In this document: one piece after another, positions 1 through 13,600 of the stretch | How the letters are laid out: each line of letters begins with the position of its first letter | Numbering within the stretch: the stretch's first letter is position 1 | Assembly: GCF_024521635.1 (NCBI RefSeq) | Contig: NW_026250430.1 | Coordinates: 62,001 to 126,000, forward strand | DNA: 64,000 nucleotides | Direction of reading: 5' to 3' | From: Tricharina praecox | Lineage: Eukaryota | Translations under genes and position numbers: made by a program | The notes under the pieces: model-generated | What the model saw: only the letters and a program-made list of their open reading frames with translations | Database searches by the model: none | What the model was told of the DNA's origin: nothing

Positions 1-424
1 GAGGACCTGTAAGTTTCACTGGCTGGCGTTCCTTCCTCCTTCCCCACGGGTGGCTTTCTCTTTGTCGCTCGCTCGCTCGCTCCGTACCCTGCGTACCGTT
101 CGTTCGTTCCTGCCCTGTACTTTCGATTCCTGCCTGCCTGCAACTGCCAACTGCTATACCCACCGCCACCCTTACCCACTTCCACTACGTTGCCTCCGAT
201 GTCATGGCACGCACGCATGCGGTGGTCCCTTCCTTGGCCAGCGCATGCTTGGTGCAATCGGAACGCCAGCAGCAGCAGAAGCAGCAGGCGCGCCAGCAGC
301 TGTAGCAGCAGCAGCCATACCTTACCATATACACACGCCCCAATTCACCTTACCATACCCAAAAAAGTTTCGAAAAAAGAAGAGCCTTGACTGACATATG
401 GCGGACTACTTGGTCCGACTGCAG

Positions 425-1408
425 CGCCCTCAGGCCAGCTCGCAATCAGCATCGCAAACTTCAACCGAAGATCGGTCGCAGAGCGTCAGCACGGACGAAG
501 ACGCCCGCAACCTTGGAACAAGCGTCAGCAGCACCGGCACTGGTAGTGGTACCAGTAGCGTCGCCCCCATCGACTCCAGAAAACGAATCCATCGTGCCGA
601 CGTCCTCACTGATCCTCCAACTTCAAAACGACAGCAGCACGACTCTCTACCGCTGATCACTAATGGATACGGCCCGCAACCGTCCATATTCAACCACAAT
701 CCTCTTCCGACCCCTCCTGTGATTGCCGAATCGGCATTCTGGGGTGATCGGAATATGCCTCCTTCCCACCTCGAACAGCAACAGCGCCAGCAGCAGCAAC
801 ATCAGCAGCAGCAACGCCAGGACCAACAGCAGCAGTTACACCAGCAGCAGAACCACCACCGCTCATCCGACACTCCGAGCAGCAGCAATGCCAGCCTACA
901 TCAACACCAGTCCCCCGCCACCCCTCCGACAGCAACCCAAACCCCGCTGCAAACTATGGTCGTCGCCAGCAGCCCTACGGCGATCGCCACCCTCCTGGCC
1001 GACCTTCAGGCCGCCTTCCAGGAGTACGACATAAGCCTCCCGTCCAACCACACCATGCAACGCCTCAAAGAGGAGCGCGACCGCGCCCTCGAGCGAGCCC
1101 TGCGCATGGAACGTGAGCGCGACGACGCCCTCCGCTCCCGCGACGCAGCGCTCAAGCTCGCCGAGGAAAGCTACGGCGAGTTGCGCGCACTCATGGACTC
1201 CCGCGCCCGGCGAATCCAGGAGATTCGCGAGATCTCGCGCGGCTCCGTCGGCACCAATCACGGCTCGCACAACCACAGCATGTACGGCAGCGGCAGCATC
1301 GGCGGCGGCGGTGGCAGTGTCGACCGCGAGCGCGATAGGGACAGGGACCGTGAGCGCGGCGGCGTAATGGGGAACGGAGGCGGGAATGGAAACGGAGAGT
1401 GGGAATAA
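425..1408 (+). CDS. Terminal exon of a gene starting left of the window; Q/H/S-rich protein with C-terminal coiled coil (putative nuclear regulator)
   Basis: Donor GTAAGT at 9, branch CTGAC at 391 and acceptor CAG at 422-424 suggest intron 9..424. The frame is open to TAA at 1408, with a polyQ tract and a heptad-like segment (RLKEERDRALERALRMERERDDAL). The ATG at 398 is an alternative start. Confidence 0.65.
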   Translation, partial: RPQASSQSASQTSTEDRSQSVSTDEDARNLGTSVSSTGTGSGTSSVAPIDSRKRIHRADVLTDPPTSKRQQHDSLPLITNGYGPQPSIFNHNPLPTPPVIAESAFWGDRNMPPSHLEQQQRQQQQHQQQQRQDQQQQLHQQQNHHRSSDTPSSSNASLHQHQSPATPPTATQTPLQTMVVASSPTAIATLLADLQAAFQEYDISLPSNHTMQRLKEERDRALERALRMERERDDALRSRDAALKLAEESYGELRALMDSRARRIQEIREISRGSVGTNHGSHNHSMYGSGSIGGGGGSVDRERDRDRDRERGGVMGNGGGNGNGEWE

Positions 1409-4400
1409 GGGGGATCCTGTGTGTTTTGTGCGTGTGCTTGTGTGTGTGGGTTTGTGTGTGGAGCGCGGGGGAGGACTTTTGATATTGGTTGGGGGCTTTG
1501 CGGTCGAAACACGTTTACGTTTACTCGGCCGTCTGTTCATCGTCATCTTGAAGCCCCTCGTTGCCCTGATCATACCTGGCCCGTCCGCTCGCCTGCTCGT
1601 TCGTCGCATCGCATCTTACATCGCATCCTTTTACATTTCGCCCATCCGTCCCGAAAGTTTCTTCTCTTCGCTTCGCTTACGATCCCCCCACCACCACCCC
1701 ACCTCACGATTCGCCCTAAAACTCTTGACCCCTCACCTCACCCCTCAGTGCTCACCGTTCTATTCTATTCTTCACTAGTTCGTTCTGTTTTACATCTCGT
1801 GTGTACGTGTGTGTTTTCTGCTCATTTTGAAGTCGGGAGGATTTACTCTATCTTCTGGGGGTCGGCGCGGCGGGGGGCGGGGGGCGGCAGGGGGAGTTAT
1901 GTTTTACTTTGGCGTTTTTATATCTGTTTTTGTATGTTTTTTCTGTCTGTCTGTTTCCGTTTTTCTGTGTGTTTTTTCTGTCTGTCTTCTGTCTGTTTTC
2001 TGTCTGTCTGTTTCCGTCTGTGTGTTTTGATTATTTCCCTTTGTGTTTTTTGGCTTTTTGTACGTCAAGCGAAATTGGGGATTTTTTTTGTGTCGAGATT
2101 CGGGTTCGAGGCTGAGGCTGATGTTGAGAGGAGTGAATGGTTGAGGCTGAGAGTGAAAGGTTGGCTATGATAGTATGATGCTATGATCATTGATAGTGCT
2201 GCTTTTGTACCTTTATACCGCTATACCTTTATGCCGTTATGCCTTATGCCTTGTTCTTTTGACAGACCAGATCAGAATGTGTGCAGCGGCCGTGGCCACG
2301 TGAATAGAGTACCCATCGTTGTGATTGTTGTGGAAGTTGCGGCAGTTGCGGCAGTTGTGGCAGTTGTGATAGCAGCCTTATGGAGTGTTCGACAGCCTTA
2401 TGAACTTTGAAGTGTTTGACAGCCTCATTAATTGTTTGACATCGACATCGACAGCCTCATTCGCGCGCACCAGATAGCCAATCAACAGTGGGCAGATATG
2501 CCGTCCAGCCCAGCCCAACCGATTGAGCCCAGCCCAGTCCAGCCTACTATACATGTAGAGCGACAGCAGGCAGAGGTGTGTGTGATGTTAAAGGTGTGAA
2601 GAGGCATTTGTGCGATGCAACCCGTTCGCACGCCACTTAACATCATGCTCGCTCGCAATACACATCATGCTCATGCTCGCAACTTCGCAAGCGGGCAGTT
2701 ACATAGCAGAGGGAGGGCAGGATGCGTGGGAAGGAGGGATGCGTGAATCGCGGAATGGACAGTCGGGATCGGCTATGCGACGCGTCCGTGATGAACTGAC
2801 GGTACCGGTATGGTGGAGGGGAGGGGTGGAAGGTTGGGGTGGAGGGGTGAGATCGGCGGCCGGTGGGGTTTTTGAATGACAAATACGTAAAAGACTGCGG
2901 GACTCGGGACTCGGGAGATATTTGTGAGCAAGTGAGCAAGTGAGGAAACATAATAAATGATGGTTTAATGATAGTCGGTGGTTTTATGATGGTTTGATGG
3001 TTTATCAATGGCCATGGATGTGGATGTGGAGGTGGAGGTGGAGTGCTGGAGTGGAGGAGTGGAGTGACGGACCAATCGTTGAGGCGCCTAGAGGCCGTGG
3101 AACCTAGAGGCCGTTGAGAGGAGGGGGTGGGAGGGGGGGGGAGGGGGAGGGAGGGACGTTATGGTTCTGGTGGTGGGGTTGCGTTGTGTTTGGCAACTTG
3201 GGTTGGGTGCCGCGTGCGCCGGCGCCGTGGGGTGATCGCGGTGATCGGGGGATGGTCGGGGTGATCGGGGTCGAGACGTTGACTTCCGGCCAGACTTCCA
3301 GACTCCTGTCGACTCCACTCCAGTTCGAGACTACAGTTGGAGACTCGCAGAAGTCTTATCCGCTGACAGTAGTTATGATACTGGGTACACACGTCCCCAC
3401 AGCTCTCGCGGACGAACGTGCTGCTCCGCAGGTATGTAGATACTCTACAGTGTAGGTACAGTGTGAGTACATTGTAGATCTGCTGATCGAACGGCCGTAC
3501 TCTACTCTACACTGTGAGCAACCGTGAGCGGCCGTACTCAACTGTACACCATGAGCGTCCGTAGCCTACTTACCCACTGCCCATCTACATGCCCACTGCC
3601 TATCTACATACCCACTGCCACCTGAAGAGTCAAGACTGGCTGCGGCGGCGACGCAGGCCGTCCAAGACGGCTAGATTCCTCGAAGATCGGATGATCGGAG
3701 TCCCCCGTGCCCCGTGCCCCGTGCCGGGTTTATCGCCGCCGTTGCCGGCGATGATTGCCGGCTCGGCGCATGCAGCGTTACTTGAGTACAGATATAAATA
3801 CCGGTAGTACACGCCGGTCGACCGGGAGGGATGGAGGTAGGGAGGGGATCGGCAGTGAGGTGTCCGCAACGAGGGGAGGGGAGGGGACGTGACAAATGTG
3901 TACCCGGCCTGAATACCGAGCCGAGATGGGGCTCCGGCCGGGTCGGGTGGGCACTAGACACTGGAGGACGTCACCGTCCACGAGCTGCTGGACGGATAGG
4001 GTCTCCGGTCGGGGACGTGGGATGATAGCCTTGAGGAAGTACGTGCCTTGTATACTAGGAGGTAGAGTCAGGCCATCGACGTGGACTTAGGAGTAGGTAG
4101 ATTAGATACCGTATATCCGTCCCTAAGCGTGCTCTTCTGCTCGCATCAGTGCCCACTGCCCTACCGTAGGATACGCACCCCGTGACCGTCCATCCGTCCA
4201 TCAGTCAATCGGCGTCCAGCGGAGGCAGGAAGGGAGTGAGTAAGTTGCCACCGCCTCCAGGAGTAGGAAGAACCGGCACGCTACGGGAATGGGCATGGGT
4301 ATGGATGGCACTGGCCAGACGTGGGGTGGCCGTGTGTGGCCGTGGACGCGGATCCGGATCCGGATGGGACGGATTTATTGCTCCGTGTTAGGCATCGACG

Positions 4401-5614
4401 GTGTGGTCGCCGGCGACGGCTGGTCTCGCCGGGGCTACTTCACTCGCTATCACCCGCCAATGTAGAAGTGACAGAGGAAAGATAGCACACACAAAGTCTA
4501 TTCCCAATCTGCTACTTCGGTTTCGGACGGATGGCTCACTCACTCACTGAATCACTGACTGGCCTCGTCTGGTCAGGTCAGGTCTGGTCCGGCCGTCCTG
4601 TTCCTCTTCCTCGCCCTCCCTTGCCCTCCCGGCATCCACACTCCCTCACCTCCCTCAGGAAGTGCGGTACGTACAGCCTGGCTGCAAAGAAGGGAAGGTA
4701 AGGTAAGGGAACGGAGGCTGCTCGGGTGCGAGGGGTTCCGAGTGCCGCGCCATGATACCGTACATTACTGACAGGACTCGCCTGCATGCGAAATAAAACA
4801 GGAAGATCTCTCTCTCTGACAGGACTCGCCTTTCCGCATTCCGGGACCCGACTCGGGGTTAGCAAGGGACGGACTTTACGAACAACCCACTACCTTCGGT
4901 GGAGCGCCATAGAGGTTGGCCTTGGCGAGGGATGGAGAAGCTTAGTGCATGCAGTGGCCGATGGCCGGTAAGCATAAACTTACAAGCGATTGCAGTGGGC
5001 GGGTGGACGATTCACGAAGCAGCTGGCGCTCGTGAGTTGCGATCTTCCTCGCAGATACTGCGAGGAAGTATCCAGGGCGATCGGGGCTGCGTGTGGAGAT
5101 TTACCCATCATTTTCTGTTCCCGAACTGTATCATAGTATTCAGGAGTACATATTACATTGGTAATGCGAAACTGGAGTGGACAACCAAGTACCAAGTGAT
5201 GAGCTGTGCTCTGTCACTCGTGTTCGGAGGGAGACTCTGTGAACCGCACACGTCTTCAGATCATCTCTACGAATCTACAACTATCTAGCTACTTTCTAGC
5301 TAGCCTGTATTCCAAGCACGACTACCCACATTTCAGCTCCTTCTGTTGAGGTTGAATAGCCGTCGACGAGTGTGGCGCGGTGCAGTTGGGAATCACTACG
5401 AATCGGTCTACACTTGCGGCGAAGGTTTTGCCCAAGCGTACAGACTTTGGGAATCATACTACTGCTGCTTTGAATCCGACCGAGACGTGGCCATTCGATT
5501 GAGATAGACGAGCGAGGTCACCGGTACAACATGCATGGAAACGTCATGAAGCATCACTCAATCGCACCAGAAACAAAAAACGCAACATTCCCAGATCTAA
5601 TGTACATGACTCCG

Positions 5615-6878
5615 CTAGTCCGCATCCATCGCATCGTCGACCTCCTCCACGCGCAGCTTCGAGAGGCCATCGCTCGCGATACTCGCCTCCTTATCGACCA
5701 TCTCGACCAGGGCAGACACGATGTTCTCTTCGATGCCGATTTTACCCAGCTCCTCGAGATGCTTCTTCGGATCCACCTTTCCGACGTATCTCGTCTTCAG
5801 TTGGTCCTTGGTCAGCTCGTTCTCCTCCTTGACGCGCTTCTCGTACTGCTCCGCGAGCACAACCATGCGCTGTAACCGGTCCTGGTTGTCCTGCGCCGAC
5901 GACTTAAAGTCCTTCATGGTGAGTGAGTCGGTCCACACCGTCTTGTGCAGGTTCATGAGCATGTTCTCCTCGAGGAGCGTCTTGCGGTAGTTGATGGCGA
6001 TCGAGTAGTAGTGACGGTTGAGGCCGTGGATGAGAGCTTGGATCGACGGCTTGTTGAGATGGCCGAGGTTGGAGGTGGTTTGGCGCGCTTCCTGTCCGAG
6101 GACGTAGGCTTGCGGGTTGATTAGTCGGAAGGCGTCGATCACAACTTTGCCCTTGACCGACTGGATGGGGTCGATGACCACCGCCACGGCGCGCGGTGTC
6201 AGCTGCTCGAACGACTGCTGAGTGTTGATATCAACGCTGGACAGCCAGCATCCGAAGCCAGGATGCGAGTGATACCAGCCGACGACTGTTTCCGGTCTGC
6301 GATTTCACCATCAGTATACAACGTCGCTGATTTCGTCGCTGTGGGTAACCAACCGTCCGGTCTGCTTCAACATATCCATCATCTTGGTCTGGAAAACCGG
6401 ATCCACAGCTTCGACCGAGACTCCCGTTCCACTCTGTGGCATAGCAAACACCTTCACCCTCCATTAGTACATCATCCATCTGGTGGCGTAGGGAGCTTCT
6501 TACATCCACCACGCGCACAGTGTAATCGTCAACGAACTCTCCCAACATCAATCCCATAACCTCCATCGGTACACCTGTATCCCCCACTCATCAGCATCCC
6601 TCCAACACAATCGAAACTGAGCGCCCAAGCTAAACCCACCTGCTCTTCCGTGTCTCAACATCTTCAACAGCGCGAGCGAGGAAATGTAGACCGTCTCGGA
6701 GTTATCTATCACGGGTGCGTCCTACACAACACATTAGCATTAGTCTCAAGCTACACTATAGCTTCGATCGTGTGATGGATCGAGATGAATAGGTAATAGC
6801 GGGAAGGTCACTCACGGTGCCTGGTGGGGCACTCATCCCGCCCATCTGCTGGGCAATCATGCGGTGGAACCGATCCAT
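5615..6878 (-). CDS. RPN11: 26S proteasome lid deubiquitinase Rpn11 (JAMM/MPN+), 331 aa
   Basis: Exons 6878-6816, 6721-6640, 6574-6504, 6451-6354 and 6296-5615 join in frame (996 nt). Translation gives [52 protein letters not shown] (JAMM) and [22 protein letters not shown]. Confidence 0.97.
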
Positions 6879-7226
6879 GGCAGGCTATAGCTAAGCGCGA
6901 AAGTGTGGGGTTGCGTTCGGTGGAGTCGGGGATGGGGTGACGACGATGGAGGTTGATGGAGAGGTGTTCCGTGAGGTTATTGTAATGCTATGCTGCTGTT
7001 GTAGATCGCGAAGCAAGCATGGATAAGAGCCGCTAACTAAGCTGAGTCACGTGCGCGAGCTAGATACCGGTTCTCATTCTACGCCGCGACAGGGAACGCA
7101 TGCTATCAGCTCATCCATCTCAGCCCCAGACCAGAGCGCAGCACAGCTATCACAGCAAGCATAGCTCCTGATCCCTACACCCATAACTACCTCCCCCACA
7201 ATTACAATCAGTCCAAATCCACGATC

Positions 7227-8731
7227 ATGGCGAAACACAACGACGGCCTCGACGATCTCTTCGCCGGATTGCCCGAGCCCACCGCTTCCCCGAGCACAAC
7301 CAGTGCCCCACCAGCAGCCGATGACCCCATCGCCGAACTCGACGAACTCGAATCGCTCGCTGAGCGTCCCAAGCCACGCTCAGAAACTCCTCGTTCCGCC
7401 CCGAAGCGGAGTATTGAACGATCTCGTACCCCGGGAACTGGATATGGCCTGCCCGTGAGTGCACGGAATTCGTCAGAGATTAAGAGAGCAACTACGCCCG
7501 TGCCGGCACCGTCGCCGCAGAAGAAGGTGGAGCGGGAGAGTGCGCCGCCACAGTCGGTGGGCAGTAGCTCTACGAGTGGCGAGGGAAGTAGTAGTGTAGC
7601 GGCCGGTGGGGGTGGTGGTGGCTGGGGATGGGGAAGTCTCTGGAATACGGCTACTACTGCTGTTAAAGCAGCGGAGGGTCTGGTACAGGAGATCCAGCAG
7701 AGCGAGGAGGGAAAGAAATGGGTTGCACAAGTTGGGGGAAGTGCGGATGTCCTGCGGGGTCTTGGTGGGAATCATCTTTCTCCGCTGCACGCAAAAGTCC
7801 TAACCCGCGTCTAGCCGGTGACGTTCGCTCCAAAGCTATACCCACGTTCGCGAACCTCCTCAATCACCTTGCACCGCCAATCTCAAGTCACGAGCAGCTG
7901 AGGATTCATATAACACATGATTTGCAGAACTACCCGTTTGTGGATACCGTCGTGTTTGGCGTCTTCGATAGGGTTATGCAGCAGGTGGAGGGAGGGGACC
8001 TACTGGTCGTTCAGCGTGGGGGCGGATCAAAGCCAAGATCCTCTACCGATAGTGGACCTTTCGGTGGAGGCCCGTGGTGGAAGGCTATGGAAAAGGTATT
8101 ATCCCATACACGAAATCTCATGTACTCACGTTGATGTCGAAAGCGAGAATTAAACGCCACCGTCGGCCTCCAAGAAGGTATCAAGCTTGCCCGCGTGGCT
8201 GCTGAATCCTACGCCGCAGACCACGCCAAAGCCGCAGCCGCGCAGACCATCACCGCCGACAACCCTACACGCAAGTCCAACATCTTTCTCGCGATCCAAC
8301 CGACGATCCACTCCGCTGACGACCTGATCTCGTCGATCACCGGCGAGGAGTCTACCGACGAGGAGATGGTGGTCTCTTTCGCTATTCACCTCCATGACCC
8401 TGAGCACAGCATCTCCTTCTCGACGCTGTCACAGGCATTGCCGTTGCAGTGGCTTATTTGGCTGGATGCTCCCCCGCCAGCTGGTACCCGCCCTGGCGAG
8501 TGGGCGCTTCCCGAGGCTATTCAGGACATTATGGATGCGGGAGGTGTTGATCCCCGAGAGTGGGTGGTGGAGTGGGTCGAGGAGGCAGTTGGGTTGTCGG
8601 TGGGCGTGGTAGCCCAGAAGTACGTCGCCAAGCGGATGCGAGTTGGAGAGGCTGGACAGGTTGCGGATGCCATGAGGACTGCTGCGAGGGAACAGGCGGG
8701 TGGAGAGGAGGCGAGGGCCGTGGGTATGTGA
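7227..8731 (+). CDS. MTC1: Maintenance of telomere capping protein 1 (Mtc1) family, 468 aa
   Basis: Exons 7227-7764, 7815-8095 and 8144-8731 join in frame. Motifs: GGWGWGSLWNTA, APPISSHEQLRIHITHDL and DPREWVVEWVEEAVGLSVGVVAQKYVAKRM. Confidence 0.85.
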
Positions 8732-8992
8732 TGAGATGCGTTTTGGATATGTACTCGACCGTGGACAGTGCTATTTGCGACACCGCCATGTTTCCGACTT
8801 CTTTCTCTCTGTACCTGCTTTCCTGCCGATGTAAATCTTGCGATTCTGTACGTACGAATTGGTCCTCTGCGATGTAGATGAATACCGCCGAGGGGCCGGC
8901 TTTATCTCAATTCCATAACTAAAGTGCACACCGTGAAGAACCCATTTTAAACGCCCGCAAAATCAAATCGAAACCCAACTTGTCGCCGCCTA

Positions 8993-9422
8993 TCATTTCT
9001 TCACTCCTGCAGCCTCCTTCGCTGCAGCCTCCTTCATAGCATCCCTCTTCGCGTCCCTTTTCCCTCCAACAAGTAACTCCAAATGTCCCGCCCTAGCCGC
9101 AAGTCGCTTCTCGGTGCCACTGGCAAGCTGCGCACTCAATTTCTGTCCTTCCTGTCAGAAACGCCCTGTTCCGCCCCACTCCCACATTCACCTCCCGAAG
9201 AGCATACCTTCAACGAATTCTCTCTGTGTGCATTCTTGGCCTTGGGTGCAAACGATCGCAGACCTTTCCTCATGACACCGGCATTCCTGAGCGCTTAATG
9301 TCAGCTTGGTGGTAGTGGGGGAGGTGGGAGATGTGGGGCAAGCGGAGGATGATGTACCGGACGACTTTCGGCTTTCCGGCCTTCGCGGCGGTGGGCTTGG
9401 TTTTTAGGGGGGCTTGAGGCAT
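8993..9422 (-). CDS. Small basic UPF0390/DUF2462 (Leydig cell tumour 10 kDa-like) protein, 97 aa
   Basis: Exons 9422-9358, 9286-9208 and 9142-8993 join in frame. Translation is MPQAPLKTKP...RKGLRSFAPKAK...KLSAQLASGTEKRLAARAGHLELLVGGKRD. It does not appear as one ORF in the track. Confidence 0.8.
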
Positions 9423-10639
9423 TGTTTTGTTCGTTCGGTGGTGAGGTGAAGTGAAGCTTGTGGCGAGGAGAGGTGAAATTCGTGGTGTGTGGTGGAGCGC
9501 GAAGGTGCAGCTGCAGAAAAAGCCAAAGCAGAGCCGCAAGCTTGAACACGGAAGGTTCCGCAGCAGGGCTAAGCGGTCGATGATTACCCGGTCTTCACGG
9601 TGGATGTTTTTTCGCGGTGGAGAAGTTCGTTTTTTCGTGGCAGACGTGGCTCCGAATGCATGATTAAGTCTTCGTAAAATTCCCCCTTTCTACAGGAGAT
9701 CTGGACCTCACGGCAATCGAATTCGGTAGTGGTGGTTGAACTTAACTCAACGCAACGTCCGGGCTTGGCGATCCGAGCTTGGACCACTTACCTTGCAGTC
9801 CCACCAGCGCGTTCTGCTTGCTTGCTACTGTACCGAAGTTAACGACTCTCCCTCCATCCAGTCTACACTTGCTCATACCCCATAATATAATTCCCAACAA
9901 CCTCGCTCTCACTCCGGCCTGCATTTTCTCTGCAGCCTCAGACGAGATCCGGAATTGTGACAGAGGGGAACGTGTGTTTTTCGAAAACCCAGAATTGCAT
10001 CTCATCTAATATCGAAACCCAAACCCGGCGCATGCGGATTTGATTGATGGGAGACGTCGGCCGGTGGTTTTATTTTCGGTAGCGGGAGGAAGTGAGGGAG
10101 TGAGAATCTTGTGAGTATCCCCATACGTATTTCTACGATGTTACTGTTATAATTATTGCGGCGGTGGATGGCGCGGCGGGAGGTGGGGTGTTTTGTGTTG
10201 GGGGAAGGAGAAATATCGTGAGAACCGACTAGCATGACCCCCGGGAGCCATTCTGCTTTGAATATTCCAAGGCGTGCCAAAATACCCAACATCTCTTCTG
10301 TTCTTTTGCTTTCCCTTCCTTTCTCCTTCCTCTGCACACTACTTTGCTTTAAGAGCCAAACTGCTATTTACTTTCCGCCTCCAAAAACTCTTTTCCTTAC
10401 GCCTTCAGGAGGATGTTGCTATTTTGTTTGCCAGATGTATGATGGATGTTTACTGACCCATATGACTGCTAGATATTAGAACAGCTCGCTTTACCTAGCA
10501 CCAGACCTTTGCTCTACGCCAACCAAGCTGCCTATATCAAGTTACCGGTATGTACATCCTCTGCTGTTTTACAGCAGCGGTGGCGTTTCATATATTTTGC
10601 CGCTGGAACATAACTAAGAATCATGCAGATACCAATATC

Positions 10640-13600
10640 ATGGCGCCCAAGAAGCGACCTTCACTCAAAAAGACGTACCAAACCAACAAGACAGTAGTTC
10701 CAAGCTCATCCACATCACCAGCACCCACAGCACCATTACTACCATTGTCCACATACCGCCCCATCGCGCCCGCACCCCCGCGCCCAGTCCAAACCACACC
10801 CAACTTCATCCCCTCGCTGACGGTGCAAAGCGGGCCGAGGAGCGCTATTGTGATCCCAGAGAGCCCCACACCCGAGCCAGGCATTCCCACCGACGAACCA
10901 AGTACTCCACCATTCCGTGTGCGCAGTCCGGGCCCGCTCGAGCTTGCCAGACAGAAGGCGTGGGGGCCTGATAATGTTCTGGCGATGGCCGACAAGATTC
11001 TGCATAAGGCTATGGATAGTACTATTGTTGAAGGACCGGTGCTCCCGCATAGAGAACCGCTGGGGTATAAGAACGGCCAGCCGTATTATCATAAGGCGAG
11101 GGGAAGGGGAAGGAATGAGGAAGGTGCTTGGGTTGACACCACGGAGGTTACGTCGTCCCCCATGGCCCCGGCTAGCCCTGCTAGCGATGTGAGTGGGGAG
11201 TTTGTACAGCGTTTCTCGCCCACTCCTCGTCGTGGGCGGTGGTCATTGTCTTTGCCGGCTGAAGACTTCGTGTCATCATCACAAGAAGAAAATGAAGAGG
11301 ACGAACAGGACGAAGAGGACGAAGAAGAGGAGCAAGAAGAGGAGATCTCACACCAGCAGTTTTCACCTTCGCCAGTCCTGGAAGCAGTCGCGTATCAGCA
11401 CTACTCATCGCCGCCACCAACTTCAGAAGAGGTCGCCCATCCCCGATCCTCGCCGTCACCAGTTTCAGAAGAGGTTGTTCCTCACCTACCCTCACCCCCA
11501 CCAGCTTCAGGAGAGGTCGCCCCTCCCCGATCTTCGCCATCACCAGTTTCAGAAGAGGTCGCTCCCCCCCGATTCTCACCTCCACCAGCACTAGAAGAGG
11601 TCGCTCCTCCCCGAGATTCACCACCACCAGCTCCAGAAGAGGCCGTTCCTCCCCGGTTCTTACCTCCGCCAGCTCCAGAAGAGGTCGTTCCTCCCCGATT
11701 CTCGCCGCCGTTAGCACTAGGAGGATTTGTACATCAGCATCGGCCGCCGCCTCCGCCACCTCCGCCTGCTGCATTTCGAGAAATTCAGTCTGCCGCATTA
11801 GCCCCTCATGTTCTAGTTCCGGTTGTGGCTCGACCTGCGACTCCGACCCCAGCTTCGACTCCGGCTTCGGTTCCGGCTCCACTTGCAGCTCCGTTTTCGG
11901 CACCGATTGCAGTTCCGGTTCCGGCACCGTTTTCAGCATCGATTGCAGCTCCGGCTCTAGCTTCAGTTCCAATTCCGGTTCCTGCTCCAATTCCGGTTCC
12001 TGCTCCAATTCCGGTTTCTGCTCCGGTTCCTGCTCCGGTTCCTGCTCCGGTTCCTGCTCCGGTTTCTGCTCCGATTCTGGCCCCGATTCCGGCTCCGGTT
12101 TCGACTTCAACTTCAGCTCCAGCTCCAGCTCCAGCTCCAGCTCCATCCCCGGCTTCTCCTTCTATCCCATCATCTCACCCAGCTGTCCAGCGCCGCCACC
12201 GCAAGAGAAAAGTCGATGACCTCACTATCGACTTCCTCCCATCAGCTCTTCCCCCACCACCGGCGCCGACTGGTGGTCGCCCAAAACGGAGGGCCGCTAT
12301 GAAGGCAAGAGAGTTGCTGACCGCAACTGCGCCGCTTACACGTGAATCGAGATCGAGTTCATTGGAAATGGAGGATAGTGACCGTGAACGCTCGAGGTCT
12401 GTGGAAGCTCAGGGACCTGCAGAAATTCCGGCGACGCCGGCCTCAGCCCACCCTCGGGAACGCACCATGACGGCGGAGCAGGAGAGACCTAGTGAAGAGA
12501 TGTCCGTTGAGGAGATGTCGGCTAATCGTGGTCGGCCGAGATCGGTCCAAGCTCGTCGTTATTCGGGACTTCAGGAGAAGCCTGTGGTCCATAGTGATCG
12601 GTCGGAAACTGCACAACAAGATGTGCCTGTCTCGGAACTACCAGCGCTCAGTGGCAACTCTGGATCTACTGGAGGTTACCGTGACGCAGAAGTTCATGTT
12701 CAGGAGAAGCTGCCGACGCTTCGTGGAAGGTCGAGACATGCGGGTACACAGCAGCCTTCACCACAATCGATGGCACCTGTAAAGGCGCCAGCACCATCGG
12801 GACCGACACCCGTGAAGCGAGGTCGTGGACGCCCGAAGAAGATCCGGCCCGAAGCTTCCCTTCCGCCTGCGCCTGCGCCTGCCCCAGCTGAAGCAGCAGA
12901 CGAAATACCTGAGCAACAACTAGTACCAGAGTCTGCTCTCGATGTTGCACCTCAGCCGGCGGCTGACATAGCGTCTGAGCTTACATTTATGCATGGCCCA
13001 GCTCATGACCCAGCTCCTGGTGTTGTGCCGGAGCTTGCATCCGAGGTTGTGCCTAAGGTTGTGTATGCCCGCGAGGTAGCGCCAGAGCCGGTACCTGAGC
13101 CCGAACCAGCGCTTGAGGAAGCGCGTGAGCCTGAGATGGTTCCTGAGCCTGAGTTTGTGCCTGGGCTCGTATTGATGCCTGAGCCCGCCCCTGAAGTTGT
13201 GCCTCTACATGCACCCGGGGCTGTGCCTGAGCTGGTGTTCATGCCCGAGCCCGCACCTGAGGTTGTGTCTGAGCCTGAGATGGTGTTTGAGCCTGAGGTT
13301 GTGCCTGAGCTTGTATTAATGCCTGAGCCCGCCCCCGAGGTTGTGCCTCTACCTGCACCTGAGGTTGTGCCTGAGCCTGTGTTCATGCCCAAGCCCACCC
13401 CTGAGGCAGCGCCTCTACCTGCACCTGAGGTTGTGTCCCAGATAACCACGGAACCAGCGCTAGAATGTGCACTAGAGGCCGCGTTTGAGCCCAAGCCAGC
13501 AGAACCCGAGTCAGCAGAACCCGAGCTTGAGCCAGCAGAGTCAACAGAACCCGAGTCGGAGCCAGTAGAACCCGTGGTAGAGCTAGCAGAACCCGTGGTC

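Noticed and set aside
1421..2170. 249-aa Phe/Cys/Val-rich ORF
   Set aside because: Translation of T/G-rich low-complexity 3' UTR microsatellite sequence.
10550..10639. ORF-track start of the 2134-aa protein
   Set aside because: It lies within a canonical 5' UTR intron (10548..10628), and the upstream exon has an in-frame TAG.
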